Source: Clostridia bacterium (GTDB lineage Bacteria; Bacillota; DAOUPZ01). From it: a DNA stretch of 64,000 bases. The position numbers and the translations under genes were made by a program. The stretch covers positions 3,728 to 67,727 of the forward strand of contig DAOUPZ010000020.1 of the NCBI GenBank assembly GCA_030625885.1. The letters run 5' to 3'. The notes below the pieces were generated by a model. That model made no database searches. It was not told the origin of the DNA and saw nothing but the letters and a program-made list of their open reading frames with translations. Positions 19,181 through 29,059 of this stretch are shown piece after piece; the stretch's first letter is position 1, and every line of letters starts with the position of its first letter.

Positions 19181-20161
19181 CTATACCACCCCCGGTAATT
19201 CGTTCGTCTGCGTTAGGGTTAGTTTCATGGTGTGGCTATTCCCCTTAAACGTGTGCTTATCCGCATCAATATAATATCCGCGTTCAATGCCATGCTCCGG
19301 GATAATTAAATGTATCGCTGATCCGCTTATAACGTCCGGTAATCCCAGGGCCGTAACTTTAATCGTTTCTCCGGTTTTCCCATTCTCCTTAAGGGCTGTA
19401 TCTGTACGCTGTTGTAGCTGCGCCTGGTTAATCTCGTCATGTACCCTTTCGTAATATTGGAGTACACCAAATGCATTCATAAGCTCACTATTCTCTGCTG
19501 TTGCTATGATGGTTTCCTTACCTTCTCCGGTAATCATTTTCACCCTGGTTGCTGTCTTTTCAATGGACGTTTGGTAATCGTAATCAATTAAATTAACACC
19601 GTTTTCTATAACCCATTTTTTTACTTGTTCAACCCGCTTTATTAGCTCTAATTTCCCGCCTAAAGAACGAAGGTAATACCTAACCCCTGTTTGCTTATAC
19701 GTTGTGTTAATAGCTGCCATAATAATGTCATAGAGCAATTTATCTCTTTTGGGGTGGTGCGGTATCTTATACCCGGTATCTGCTATGGTTCCTATAGGTA
19801 TTTGAAAGTCGCTGCATATCCGAGTTGTAATCTCGCTCGCCGTCTTATCGTCAAATACATATGTATCTTTGTTGCTTACAAAATAAAATAAATTGTCATG
19901 CGCTGTAAGGGTTGCTTTTGCTTTCTTACTGTGGGCCTGGTTAAATATAATCCCTCTAAAAAGTTCAACCCCGTTCCATAAAAACGTGAGTCCTTCACCC
20001 TCTTTCGCATTGGCCCTAGCATGATAGCCTTTTGCTGTATCGACAAATGTTATATCTATTGACCTGGGAGCGCGGTACTTCTGCCCCTTCCAAACGATTT
20101 TGTCAATGGTATTTGAAATGTCTACCACACCGAAAGCATTTACCTTTAATAGTTGTAACAT
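19181..20161 (-). CDS. Baseplate hub protein, XkdQ / late-control-D-like
   Basis: 326 aa, located between the LysM protein and the baseplate genes. Confidence 0.55.
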   Translation of the reverse strand: MLQLLKVNAFGVVDISNTIDKIVWKGQKYRAPRSIDITFVDTAKGYHARANAKEGEGLTFLWNGVELFRGIIFNQAHSKKAKATLTAHDNLFYFVSNKDTYVFDDKTASEITTRICSDFQIPIGTIADTGYKIPHHPKRDKLLYDIIMAAINTTYKQTGVRYYLRSLGGKLELIKRVEQVKKWVIENGVNLIDYDYQTSIEKTATRVKMITGEGKETIIATAENSELMNAFGVLQYYERVHDEINQAQLQQRTDTALKENGKTGETIKVTALGLPDVISGSAIHLIIPEHGIERGYYIDADKHTFKGNSHTMKLTLTQTNELPGVV

Positions 20162-20173
20162 CTTACCACCACC

Positions 20174-20818
20174 TTATAGTACAAGCATCTGCCCTGGGTG
20201 TATTACATAATTGGGCTTAATCCTGTTTGCTGCTGCAACCGTTTTGTACTGTGATCCATCCCCTAATTGCGCTTTTGCAATCTTCCACAAGCTGTCACCG
20301 GGCTTAACAACATAGTTTTTCGGCTTCTCCCGTTCATCCGGCCTTTGGCTTGCTTTTGCTCCAATATTGATAGTGCCGCTTTTAACTTCTATTTGCCTAA
20401 TCTGAATGAACTTATATTCCTTAAGCTCTAAGTCGTAATAAATGGTTCCTACGTCGCCGGCTTTTTCCTCCGGCGTAAATGTCTCAATAGACACGGCAAA
20501 ATTTATATTTGTATTGGTAACAATAAACCGTATAGGCTTCCCGCTCTGTATCCAATCGTCAATAATTTCAACCGCGCGCTCCGGGCTTGGTATATCCTCA
20601 TATTCGCAATATGGCCCGTACACGGCAGGGAATTGGCTGCTAAAGGAAAATGTTTTCGCCTGCGGGTCTTGAATAACGGTTATCTCGCCCAGGCCCAATA
20701 CGTCTATACTTTCATTAGCAAAATTACGCGGCATTTTAAGCCTGGAAGGATTAACGGGGAGCTGTAATCGCTGCTCCCCGTTGTTAAAACTAAGCCAAAA
20801 CTGATATTTAGACCTCAT
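20174..20818 (-). CDS. LysM-domain tail protein (XkdP-like)
   Basis: C-terminal LysM 'YVVKPGDSLWKIAKAQLGDGSQYKTVAAANRIKPNYVIHPGQMLVL'. Confidence 0.75.
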   Translation of the reverse strand: MRSKYQFWLSFNNGEQRLQLPVNPSRLKMPRNFANESIDVLGLGEITVIQDPQAKTFSFSSQFPAVYGPYCEYEDIPSPERAVEIIDDWIQSGKPIRFIVTNTNINFAVSIETFTPEEKAGDVGTIYYDLELKEYKFIQIRQIEVKSGTINIGAKASQRPDEREKPKNYVVKPGDSLWKIAKAQLGDGSQYKTVAAANRIKPNYVIHPGQMLVL

Positions 20819-23800
20819 ACAACTCCTCGCCTCCTGTGTTAATATCTTCTGTCAATTGGCCTTTAATCTCGCTCATAACATCTTCAATATCCCGCATAGT
20901 TTTAATTACACGATCCCCAAACCTAAATTCATACTTCCGGTTGTCCTGGTGTATCTCTTGTTTATTATTTGTCGTGGTACTTTCTAATAGCTCCTGGGCC
21001 TTCTCTTCTTTAAGCGGCTGTGGTTGCTTACTATCCGAGTCAAGTTTAAAGCCGGTTTTCGCTTCTAAGTCAACTTCAAGGGGAGTTTTAGGGATTTTGT
21101 CAAGCGTATCGCTAACTGAATTATCCTTTATAACCTTTTGCGTAATGTTTTGGGTGAGATTGTTTAACCGTTCAAACTTGGCCGGGATAATTTTCTGAAT
21201 GATATCTTGGGTAATGCCTCCTAATTCTCTCAATTTAGCCGGGATAACCTTTTGGAATATGTTTTGTGTAAGATTCTCCGGCCCTGGTGCTGCTGCTTTT
21301 GCAACTTTTTGTACGATGCTTTGCTGCATATATTCAGGCTGAACGATTCTAGCAGGGATAACGTTTTGAACAATGCTTTGAGTAATATCGTCTAAATGTT
21401 TTATTTTAGCTTCTGCTACAGTTTGGATGATCTCCTGACTTAATCCTTGGGGCTGTCTCACTTCTGCCTCTTTGATATGCTGCAAAACATTCTGGGTAGT
21501 ATCCTGAGGTTTCTTTACTTCTGCAGCAACGAATTTCTGAATAATGCATTGTGTTGCATCTTTTATAGGTTGGATTTTGGCTTTAATTAATTTCTGAATA
21601 ACATTTTGGGTCCCATCCTCCGGTGCTTTTATTTCTGCTTGTATAAGTTGCTGCTGTATAGATTGTGTCATGGCTTCCGGTTGTACTGCTTTGGTTGGTA
21701 AGATCCTTTGCATAATGCTTTGGGTTATATCCTGCGGCTGTTCAATGTTGGCCTGTTTAGCCTTCTGCAATATATTTTGGTTCATGGATCCTGGCTGTGG
21801 AATACTAGCTTCAACAAATTCCTGCTTAACCATATGCGTTAATTCTTCCGGTTGCTTAATGTTTGCTGTGTTTACTACCTGGTTAATCTCCTGCGCTGCG
21901 CCCTCTATTTGCTGCATTTCACCTTGAACAAAGTTTTGCGTAATCGTTTGGGTAAGATCCTCGACATCATCTATTTTTGCAGGCATAACCTTTTGTATAA
22001 CGCTCTGCCCAACGTCCTGCGGTTGCTTGATATTAGCCGGAATTACCTCTTGATCTACTTTTGCTTCCGGCTGTGGAATTGGCGCGGCTTTTGGTGGGAT
22101 AATCTTTTGTGCAACATTCTGTGTAAGCTCCTCAACCCGTTCATCTTTCGCTGGAATAACATTTTGCGTAATATCCTGGGTCAAGGGTTCCAATGGTGCT
22201 ATTTCCGGCTGCAATAATTGTCTCGTTTCCTCTGCGGGTGTAACCTGGCTCCCTCTCGGAAGATTAATAAGCTCCGGTCCTTTTTCTCCTACGATTGCCG
22301 GACCACCTGGGTGAAAGTCTGTCCCGGTTGCATATTGTGGCATATCCCCTAGTATAGGTTGTGCTTCCTTCGGTGTGTCAAATTTAACTTCCTGGACGGC
22401 TTTAATATTAACTCCTTTACCGCCGATACCAGGAATCCAATCGGGAATTTTAATCTTGTTCAAAACACCTATAACCTCGTTGACTTTCCCGATAATAAAG
22501 TTTAATGACGTTTCCGCACCACTCTTCATACCTTCCCACATAGCGTTCATAATCCTCCGGGCTGTCTCACTCTTGTTATAAAGCAGTACCAACCCGGCTA
22601 CTAATGCTAATATTCCTATTATGATCCACGTTGTCGGAGACAATAGCATAACCGCATTGAGCGCGCCCTGTGCTGCTGCAACTGTCCATAAAGCTGCGCC
22701 CCTTGCATAATCTGCTCCGTATAGTGCAATAATTGCTATGGTCTCCGCTATGTCTGCCGCTTTTGCTATCCCGGAAGCTATAATATGACCGTATTGTGCT
22801 AATGCAAGGCCAACTAACACGCCCTTCTGTACGATCCATGCGGTTGTAAGTCCAACTATAGCTGCTTTAATGAGCTGCGCGTTGTCTCTTATCCACTCTA
22901 GCCCGGTTATAACTAAGTCCAACCCATTTTCTGTTAAACTTGCAAAATTAACTTCCGTATCCTGGGCCGCTTTTGAAAGATTAGGGAAAAATACTTCGTA
23001 AATTTCTCTTGTTACTTGCCCTATTTCTTTGAATTTGCTTGTTACCATCTGAATGAAATCTTCAAATGCGCTATCCCCTTCGACTAATTCTCCTCTTACT
23101 AATATCTTTCTAGGGGCAAATATTTTGTCAAAATATTCATCAAACGCGCTTTCACCCTCAACCATTTCCCCGCGTACTAATATCTTTCTAGGAGCAAACA
23201 TTTTATCAAACTTCTCATTAATCTTATCCGCTGCTTTACTGACGTATGGAGCAAATTTTTCTCCAATATTGAGCTTAAGGACTTTAATATTAGCCTTGAT
23301 TCGGTCAATGGAACGTCCAACGCCCTTCTGCATTCGCTCATATGCTGCGTCGGTTGCTCCTGCTGCGTCCTCCATTTCTAAAAGTGCCTGGGTGAACTTT
23401 TCTGTCCCTTTTCCTGTAAGGCCCAATGCTGCGTTCCCTGCTTCTACGGAACCAAAGAGATCGTTTATTCCTACTCCGCCTCTCTTTGCTCTTTTTTCCA
23501 GGAGCTGTAACGCGTCCTGGACGTCCCCACCATCCTTAATGAATTGCTTAAACGACTTACCGGATAGTGCTTCAAATGTCTCTGCTGTGTCTCCTCCGGC
23601 TTTTGATAGCTCAACGAACATTTGTCTAAGCTGTGTTGTTGCAACGCTTGTGGGCGTACCCTGGGCCGTAATAGCTGCCAACCCTGCTGATACGTCGCCA
23701 AACTCAACGCCTAATGCGGCCGCGCTTGGTATGACGTTAAACAAACTAGCCGATAATTCCTCAAAGTTTGTTTTCCCTAGCTTAACCGCCGTAAACATAT

Positions 23801-24299
23801 AATCGCTCGCCTGGGCTGCGGAAATAACGTCTGCCCCGTAAGCGTTTACGATTGATGAAATACCGTCAACCGCTGTTTCAAGCTCTGCAACGCCGCCGAT
23901 GGCTGCCTTCTGTGCTACAGCTAAAAAGTCAAATACATTGTCAGGAGGAACCCCCGCCGATAATGATTGATACAGGGCCGGAACAACCTTTTCGGGGAGA
24001 ACGGCAAACTCACGGCTAAAGTCCTTAACCTGGTCTGTCATTTCCCCCATAGCTTGATCCGTTATGCCGGGCATTAGCGTAAATACTTCGTTCATTCGGC
24101 CTTCAAACTGAATGAAATCCGCTGTTGCTGATACTGCGAACCCACTAACAGCGGTTACTATCGCTGCAATAGCAATTAATGCAACCTTTTGGAGTCGTTT
24201 AAATGCCTTCTGCATTTTCTCGGTTCTCCTAGTTACATTGTCGAGCCTGTTTGAGATCCGGTCATTCATGTTGAATATAGCTCTTACCGAAGCTGCCAC
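20808..24299 (-). CDS. Tail tape measure protein
   Basis: 1163 aa with a GVG-rich helical N-terminal half, internal TM segments and about 19 tandem 19-aa repeats. Lies downstream of the chaperone. GTG start with a GAGGGGG RBS. Confidence 0.85.
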   Translation of the reverse strand: MAASVRAIFNMNDRISNRLDNVTRRTEKMQKAFKRLQKVALIAIAAIVTAVSGFAVSATADFIQFEGRMNEVFTLMPGITDQAMGEMTDQVKDFSREFAVLPEKVVPALYQSLSAGVPPDNVFDFLAVAQKAAIGGVAELETAVDGISSIVNAYGADVISAAQASDYMFTAVKLGKTNFEELSASLFNVIPSAAALGVEFGDVSAGLAAITAQGTPTSVATTQLRQMFVELSKAGGDTAETFEALSGKSFKQFIKDGGDVQDALQLLEKRAKRGGVGINDLFGSVEAGNAALGLTGKGTEKFTQALLEMEDAAGATDAAYERMQKGVGRSIDRIKANIKVLKLNIGEKFAPYVSKAADKINEKFDKMFAPRKILVRGEMVEGESAFDEYFDKIFAPRKILVRGELVEGDSAFEDFIQMVTSKFKEIGQVTREIYEVFFPNLSKAAQDTEVNFASLTENGLDLVITGLEWIRDNAQLIKAAIVGLTTAWIVQKGVLVGLALAQYGHIIASGIAKAADIAETIAIIALYGADYARGAALWTVAAAQGALNAVMLLSPTTWIIIGILALVAGLVLLYNKSETARRIMNAMWEGMKSGAETSLNFIIGKVNEVIGVLNKIKIPDWIPGIGGKGVNIKAVQEVKFDTPKEAQPILGDMPQYATGTDFHPGGPAIVGEKGPELINLPRGSQVTPAEETRQLLQPEIAPLEPLTQDITQNVIPAKDERVEELTQNVAQKIIPPKAAPIPQPEAKVDQEVIPANIKQPQDVGQSVIQKVMPAKIDDVEDLTQTITQNFVQGEMQQIEGAAQEINQVVNTANIKQPEELTHMVKQEFVEASIPQPGSMNQNILQKAKQANIEQPQDITQSIMQRILPTKAVQPEAMTQSIQQQLIQAEIKAPEDGTQNVIQKLIKAKIQPIKDATQCIIQKFVAAEVKKPQDTTQNVLQHIKEAEVRQPQGLSQEIIQTVAEAKIKHLDDITQSIVQNVIPARIVQPEYMQQSIVQKVAKAAAPGPENLTQNIFQKVIPAKLRELGGITQDIIQKIIPAKFERLNNLTQNITQKVIKDNSVSDTLDKIPKTPLEVDLEAKTGFKLDSDSKQPQPLKEEKAQELLESTTTNNKQEIHQDNRKYEFRFGDRVIKTMRDIEDVMSEIKGQLTEDINTGGEELYEV

Positions 24300-24478
24300 T
24301 CCCTCACCCCCTCTCTATTGCTTTTCTCTCGCTTTCTTTTCAGCTTCCATTTGAACATCATCAGAAGCAATCATAACCGCCTTATGGTACTTGTCCATAA
24401 AATAAAATTCATGAGGCGGTATGTTATGCCGTTGATATGTGCGGTGCGCTTGAACGGCCCAATAATCGCCCCGCTCAA

Positions 24479-24925
24479 TTAGTTTTTTGCCTCTTCAACC
24501 AAATCCTCGAATTTATCATCAAACCCGTTAATGTCAAGAACCGCATCTATAAGCTCGGCGTATTCCCCCGGTAGGTTAAATATTTTTTCGATTACCTCGC
24601 AAGGATCTATTAACCCATAGGAATCAAGCAGCTCTTTATCTTTAAAATTAGGATAAACCGTACATTCCACGGCGAGTTTCGCGGCAAACTTCTCATTATT
24701 TAGTATCTTTTGTTTGCTGCCACGCTTCCCTTTCCAATCGGTACAGTTCTTTTGTAATTGATTAACCTTCGCTGTGGTTGTTGGCTTAAGAATACATGGT
24801 ACGGGGTTCCCTTCCGTGTCTTTAAACCGCTCACTAATTACTTTTTCTACTTCGATGTTTTGTACTTCTTCCGCGTTTCCATTCATAAATACGTCCATAC
24901 TTCTCATTTGCTTTTGCTCTTCCAT
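24479..24925 (-). CDS. Tail assembly chaperone (XkdN-like), frame-0 product
   Basis: 148-aa acidic protein between the tube and tape measure genes. Ends in the slippery run GCA AAA AAC TAA. Confidence 0.7.
   Translation of the reverse strand: MEEQKQMRSMDVFMNGNAEEVQNIEVEKVISERFKDTEGNPVPCILKPTTTAKVNQLQKNCTDWKGKRGSKQKILNNEKFAAKLAVECTVYPNFKDKELLDSYGLIDPCEVIEKIFNLPGEYAELIDAVLDINGFDDKFEDLVEEAKN
24482..24488 (-). promoter_or_regulatory. Programmed -1 frameshift heptamer A AAA AAC (chaperone G/GT-type)
   Basis: The -1 frame continues open for about 55 codons (LIERGDYWAVQAHRTYQ...EKKAREKQ*) to 24315, just before the tape measure start. Confidence 0.65.
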
Positions 24926-24979
24926 GTTGTTCCCTCCTGTTAGATAAAAGACGCTGCGTTAAACAGCGTCTTATTGAAT

Positions 24980-25414
24980 TTAACCAATCGCGTCTATAAT
25001 ATCAAAATCTTCAAATGTAAATGAAATTTCGTCTTTTACTGAATCTTCTGTCTCAATGTCGATGTTCATAAGCACCGCACCGTCGATGTTACACCCTTTG
25101 ACAACAATCCTTTCAGCTCCTAAACCGCTGCTAGGATCATCCTGGACACCTTGCATATCAAAATACACATCAATCCCGGTTTCCTTGTACTCTTTGATCA
25201 TTTGAGCGAATGTACTCGTTGCTCTGTACTCCACAATAGTCCCTTTGTACTTAAGCCCGGATGTCTTATTGCTCTTGGAACGTCTCCCGATAATAGGCAG
25301 CTCATTCTTGATTTTCTCAACTTCGATTTTGAACTTAATCATATTCAAAACCTCGTCACCGTCTCTAAAGCCCTTACCCTCTTTGGCTAATATGGTATTC
25401 CTGCCGTCGTACAT
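24980..25414 (-). CDS. Tail tube protein (XkdM-like)
   Basis: 144 aa, immediately downstream of the sheath gene. Confidence 0.7.
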   Translation of the reverse strand: MYDGRNTILAKEGKGFRDGDEVLNMIKFKIEVEKIKNELPIIGRRSKSNKTSGLKYKGTIVEYRATSTFAQMIKEYKETGIDVYFDMQGVQDDPSSGLGAERIVVKGCNIDGAVLMNIDIETEDSVKDEISFTFEDFDIIDAIG

Positions 25415-25431
25415 AATTTACGCCCCCTTTC

Positions 25432-26748
25432 TTATCTTACCTTCACAGTGAAATAGAATTTTTCTGTTGCGTCTACTGGCTCCGCGCCAATATCTGCGTA
25501 CATTTCATCATCAACCGATAACGTCTCATTAACAATAAAATCGTTATCCGGGTCAACGTTTTTAACTGCGCCAATGTCCTGCAACGTAAGCATATAATCC
25601 ATGACTAGCGTTCTTGCAATTCCCCAACCATCGGGGTTATTGTCAAGTTTCCCGATATGCTGACTTGTAAACGCTTTTAGTAAATCGTTGTTGATCCCGT
25701 CTAAGCAGCGTAATACTCGGTTCTTAGTGAATTTCTTGGTCTTGGTTGGGGTTAAAGTGGTTAGACTGTTTTGGTCTTTTTCCACAATAACCTTCTCGCC
25801 GTCATTGGTAAAAATGAAAAATCCACCTTTAAGTCCTGCAACAATGTCCGTATGCTTCATCCGAGGATTAGCGTCAACCGCTGCGTCATATGGCATATAA
25901 GTGAGCGATTTGTTCACGTTCGCTGCCGCTTCCGCTCCGGCTACCCAGGCGGTAGCGTCTTTTGCTGTAAGGGTTGTTCCGTCTGCCAAAATAACGCCAT
26001 TCTTAACAACTGTAACGCCTTCATAATCTGCGCTAAGGCCCGGTCTAATACCTAAGATCCGCTTCCCAATATCCTCTCTGAAATACTTAATCTTCGTATC
26101 AAATGAGGAATGAAGTGTTGCGTCGTCTGTAGGGAATGCAATCGTATCAAAGAATTGCGTTTCGCAAGCCTCCAGGAATGTTGTAACTTGGAGCGGTGTT
26201 TGTGTTCCGTCTGCTCCTCCGGCGAGTACAATCCCGGCACTATCTGCTAAATCACCTGTCCCGGAGAATACTGCAAACGCATTATTTGTAAGATCCTCGA
26301 CAGTAGTAACCCCGATTTGCTCGTCAACCTTGTTAAGCCCCACATAGGTTGTAACGTCCTTGCCTGCTACCGGGTTGGCTGCGATAACCACCTTAATGTC
26401 GTTGCCCCTGGTTCCGCTTTGTGCTGCGGTTACTGTTAATGGTGCTGCTGTTTTAGTCGCTTTCGTTCCATCGGTAGGCCGATAAACAATAACCTTTTTC
26501 GCGTTCTTGAATGCCTCTTTTACTAGCAGCATTTCCAACTCATTAATGTCATAACCTAAAATATTAAATGTATCCGGGGTGTCAAGTGCAATAAACTCCT
26601 CGGCAGGCCCCCACTTAGCTCCAAACAAAGGTAACATGACTGTCCCTCTGTCCTTTGCTTTAATTCTATCCTGGGTAACAGCCTCAAAATTCATATAAAG
26701 TCCTGCTCTTACTTTCCCAACCATCGGGTCAAATGTTCCACCAGGCAT
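25432..26748 (-). CDS. Contractile tail sheath protein (XkdK-like)
   Basis: 438 aa with N-terminus 'MPGGTFDPMVGKVRAGLYMNF'. Position upstream of the tube gene. Confidence 0.8.
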   Translation of the reverse strand: MPGGTFDPMVGKVRAGLYMNFEAVTQDRIKAKDRGTVMLPLFGAKWGPAEEFIALDTPDTFNILGYDINELEMLLVKEAFKNAKKVIVYRPTDGTKATKTAAPLTVTAAQSGTRGNDIKVVIAANPVAGKDVTTYVGLNKVDEQIGVTTVEDLTNNAFAVFSGTGDLADSAGIVLAGGADGTQTPLQVTTFLEACETQFFDTIAFPTDDATLHSSFDTKIKYFREDIGKRILGIRPGLSADYEGVTVVKNGVILADGTTLTAKDATAWVAGAEAAANVNKSLTYMPYDAAVDANPRMKHTDIVAGLKGGFFIFTNDGEKVIVEKDQNSLTTLTPTKTKKFTKNRVLRCLDGINNDLLKAFTSQHIGKLDNNPDGWGIARTLVMDYMLTLQDIGAVKNVDPDNDFIVNETLSVDDEMYADIGAEPVDATEKFYFTVKVR

Positions 26749-26936
26749 TATTTAGCCCCCTTTCTAAGCCAATCATTGATTTTTCTTACTGCTTCCGCTT
26801 TCGCTATTGGCCCTTTTACGCCTGTCATAGCCCCGTCAAATACATAGGGCTGTACACCGAATAGCTCACCGCAATACTTCCTAAGCGTTTCAATCTTGTA
26901 TAATCTCGCTTTTGTTTCTTCTTTTTTAGCTGCCAA
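26748..26936 (-). CDS. Small virion-module hypothetical protein
   Basis: 62-aa ORF whose stop overlaps the sheath start. Confidence 0.4.
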   Translation of the reverse strand: MAAKKEETKARLYKIETLRKYCGELFGVQPYVFDGAMTGVKGPIAKAEAVRKINDWLRKGAK

Positions 26937-26940
26937 TTTC

Positions 26941-27402
26941 TTACCCCTCCTTTAAGAAAGTATTGAAATTGAAATTCATAATCTTGTCAAATACTTCTTC
27001 CTCATACCCATAAATAGAGTTCCAATCAATTTCAAGCTGACAAACACCATCGTCTAATTCCCTCGCATGGGCTTTTGTAAGTCGAATGTACCCACCTGTT
27101 TCAGCTCCGGTAATGTCAATCTCCGGTACTAACAGCCGCTTTTTCATAAGTGCTGTTTGTAAAGTTGACGCGGTACTGAATGCTGCTTCGCTGTCCTTGT
27201 CAAAAACCTTCACAAACCACAAATAAATATTCTTGTAACTCGCTACCGTGGCCGGGAATGAACGGATTATAGGCGGCGGGAAATACATAGAAGGTCTCTC
27301 AAAATCCTGCTTAAGCCGCTTTTGATAAAGCTGAACATTATTCCGGTCATAAAGGAACTTCATAATACTTGCCATTTCCTGCTCGATCATCATAACCACC
27401 AC
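26941..27402 (-). CDS. Tail completion/terminator-position hypothetical protein
   Basis: 153 aa, between the gp10-like and sheath genes. Assigned by position only. Confidence 0.4.
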   Translation of the reverse strand: MVVMMIEQEMASIMKFLYDRNNVQLYQKRLKQDFERPSMYFPPPIIRSFPATVASYKNIYLWFVKVFDKDSEAAFSTASTLQTALMKKRLLVPEIDITGAETGGYIRLTKAHARELDDGVCQLEIDWNSIYGYEEEVFDKIMNFNFNTFLKEG

Positions 27403-27927
27403 CTAAAAATAATCATCAATCCATTGTTGTAACCGCCGTTCTAAATTTCTACCAAAATGCTCTTTAAAAATTCCAGCAGCAAGTTCCCAGTAGTGAGTCC
27501 CTTCAACCCATTTACGATATAAAACCATCCCGGTATCTGCGTTGGGGTCATAAACAAACTTTTCCTCTCCTCTTGGGCCTGTTATAAAGTATCCCGGAAC
27601 CCAACGTTTTCTAACGCCTTCGCGGGTTGTCCAATGCCCGTCATTAACGTATGCAGCATAATTGACGTTCGTTCCAACGCCCAAGGTGAGCCCGCCATTC
27701 GATACTTCCCAATAGTTTTCCTGGTGTCCCCTATTGAACGAACTAAGGAGGAGCCGATATTCAACCGTCTCCGTCCCTATAATTTCGTCTTGGACAATAT
27801 CTAAAAAATCCTCGCCCATACTTTCAAGCCACAAAGCTACTTGTGCTTCAAACCCACCATGCGCTGCCCGTCTAAGTTTGTCTAAAAACTCGTCTAGCCC
27901 TTCAACGGTGATCTCAATGTCTGCCAT
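27403..27927 (-). CDS. HK97 gp10-family head-tail joining protein
   Basis: 'MADIEITVEGLDEFLDKLRRAA' is a typical gp10-family N-terminus. Confidence 0.65.
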   Translation of the reverse strand: MADIEITVEGLDEFLDKLRRAAHGGFEAQVALWLESMGEDFLDIVQDEIIGTETVEYRLLLSSFNRGHQENYWEVSNGGLTLGVGTNVNYAAYVNDGHWTTREGVRKRWVPGYFITGPRGEEKFVYDPNADTGMVLYRKWVEGTHYWELAAGIFKEHFGRNLERRLQQWIDDYF

Positions 27928-28280
27928 TATAATTCGTCCTTTCGCCTTACGATAACGGTCTTATGGTGGTCCCTAATATTCCTGGGGACTTGTGCGTAAT
28001 ATACAATGCCCGTCTCCCGGTGAACCACCTTGTCATTGAGCCGGATATCTGCATTTATTGGTAAGGTCAATTTAACTTCAAGGGTAATCTCATTACCTGG
28101 CACTCCCTGGGTAATCTGCGGCTGCTCTTTTGCGCCAAAATGACAAGGTATGTTTTCCTCGTCCGGGACCTCTGGATAACTATGGCCCACCTCATTCGGC
28201 AGGCCATAACCTCTTTCCCTGGGGCTTTGCAATATGTGATATATATCGCAAGTATGATCCAATAATGCTTCCAAACTCAT
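27927..28280 (-). CDS. Head-tail adaptor / head closure protein
   Basis: 117 aa. Assigned by position and size in the connector module. Confidence 0.5.
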   Translation of the reverse strand: MSLEALLDHTCDIYHILQSPRERGYGLPNEVGHSYPEVPDEENIPCHFGAKEQPQITQGVPGNEITLEVKLTLPINADIRLNDKVVHRETGIVYYAQVPRNIRDHHKTVIVRRKDEL

Positions 28281-28282
28281 AC

Positions 28283-28663
28283 TTATAACCCCCTAATCCT
28301 AAGTGTTACCTTACGCTCACCGGAGCTGCCATCTTCGATATAGGTCCTTAAAAGACTATCGGTATCCGGTTCCTTCATGCTGCCATTGGTGTAACTATAA
28401 TCGTCAAAAGCCTCTGCCTTCTTGCCCGTTTTGTTCCCGGTGTCCGTAGCAATAATTGCGTAATACTCGGCCCATAAAATCAATGCGAGCTTTGCCTTCT
28501 CGGGTAGATCAGGGTATTTCTCTAAATTAGAAAAATCGTGGCCAACTATCTCAAATACCTTTGCCTCTGCCTGCATGATATCATTTGATAGTTTGCTACC
28601 ACGATTTTTTACTGCTTCAATTTCCGTATATTCAATTACATCCTGGGGATTTATAAGAGACAT
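28283..28663 (-). CDS. gp6-like head-tail connector protein
   Basis: 126 aa, first gene after the capsid-proximal genes. Helical N-terminus as in the gp6 family. Confidence 0.5.
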   Translation of the reverse strand: MSLINPQDVIEYTEIEAVKNRGSKLSNDIMQAEAKVFEIVGHDFSNLEKYPDLPEKAKLALILWAEYYAIIATDTGNKTGKKAEAFDDYSYTNGSMKEPDTDSLLRTYIEDGSSGERKVTLRIRGL

Positions 28664-28678
28664 ATGAACGCCTCCTAA

Positions 28679-29059
28679 TTAGTACCCGATAGTGATTTCC
28701 GGCATAACTGCAACGTGTTTATATGTCGCTTTCGGGGCCGTCTTGGAAGTCTTAAAAGTAACCTGGGCCTTTTCAACGTCATTATCATAAGCATACTCAA
28801 TGCTTTCAATGTCGCTCTCTTCAATGGCTGCTTCCTCATTGGTCTTAAAGCTTGCTGTACCCGCAACAACATTGTCATTTGCAAACGTCCAAACCTTATC
28901 GTCAGCGGTAGCGGTTAATACCTCATCCGTTACCTGGGTGGCTCCGGCTTTAACTGTATTGTGAAATGAATCAACAACCGCCTTAAGTAATTTCTCTGTG
29001 TGGGTGTTCAGATGCATACCGCCTTGACCCATGCCTGTTGGAATTAAAATCTTACTCAT
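28679..29059 (-). CDS. Head-module hypothetical protein
   Basis: 126-aa ORF with RBS. Preferred over the overlapping 28675-28884 frame. Confidence 0.45.
   Translation of the reverse strand: MSKILIPTGMGQGGMHLNTHTEKLLKAVVDSFHNTVKAGATQVTDEVLTATADDKVWTFANDNVVAGTASFKTNEEAAIEESDIESIEYAYDNDVEKAQVTFKTSKTAPKATYKHVAVMPEITIGY

Noticed and set aside
21050-22200. Possible CRISPR-like or other non-coding repeat array
   Set aside because: The 57-nt periodicity lies in frame inside the tape measure ORF and is degenerate at the DNA level, with no unique spacers. No CRISPR array exists anywhere in the window.
20808-24299. Long plus-strand ORFs antisense to structural genes (e.g. 23053-23802, 21852-22217, 11358-11816, 31133-31627, 13183-13575)
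   Set aside because: They are low-complexity Ser/Leu/Phe-rich mirror frames fully inside well-supported minus-strand genes. They have no RBS and are treated as shadow ORFs.
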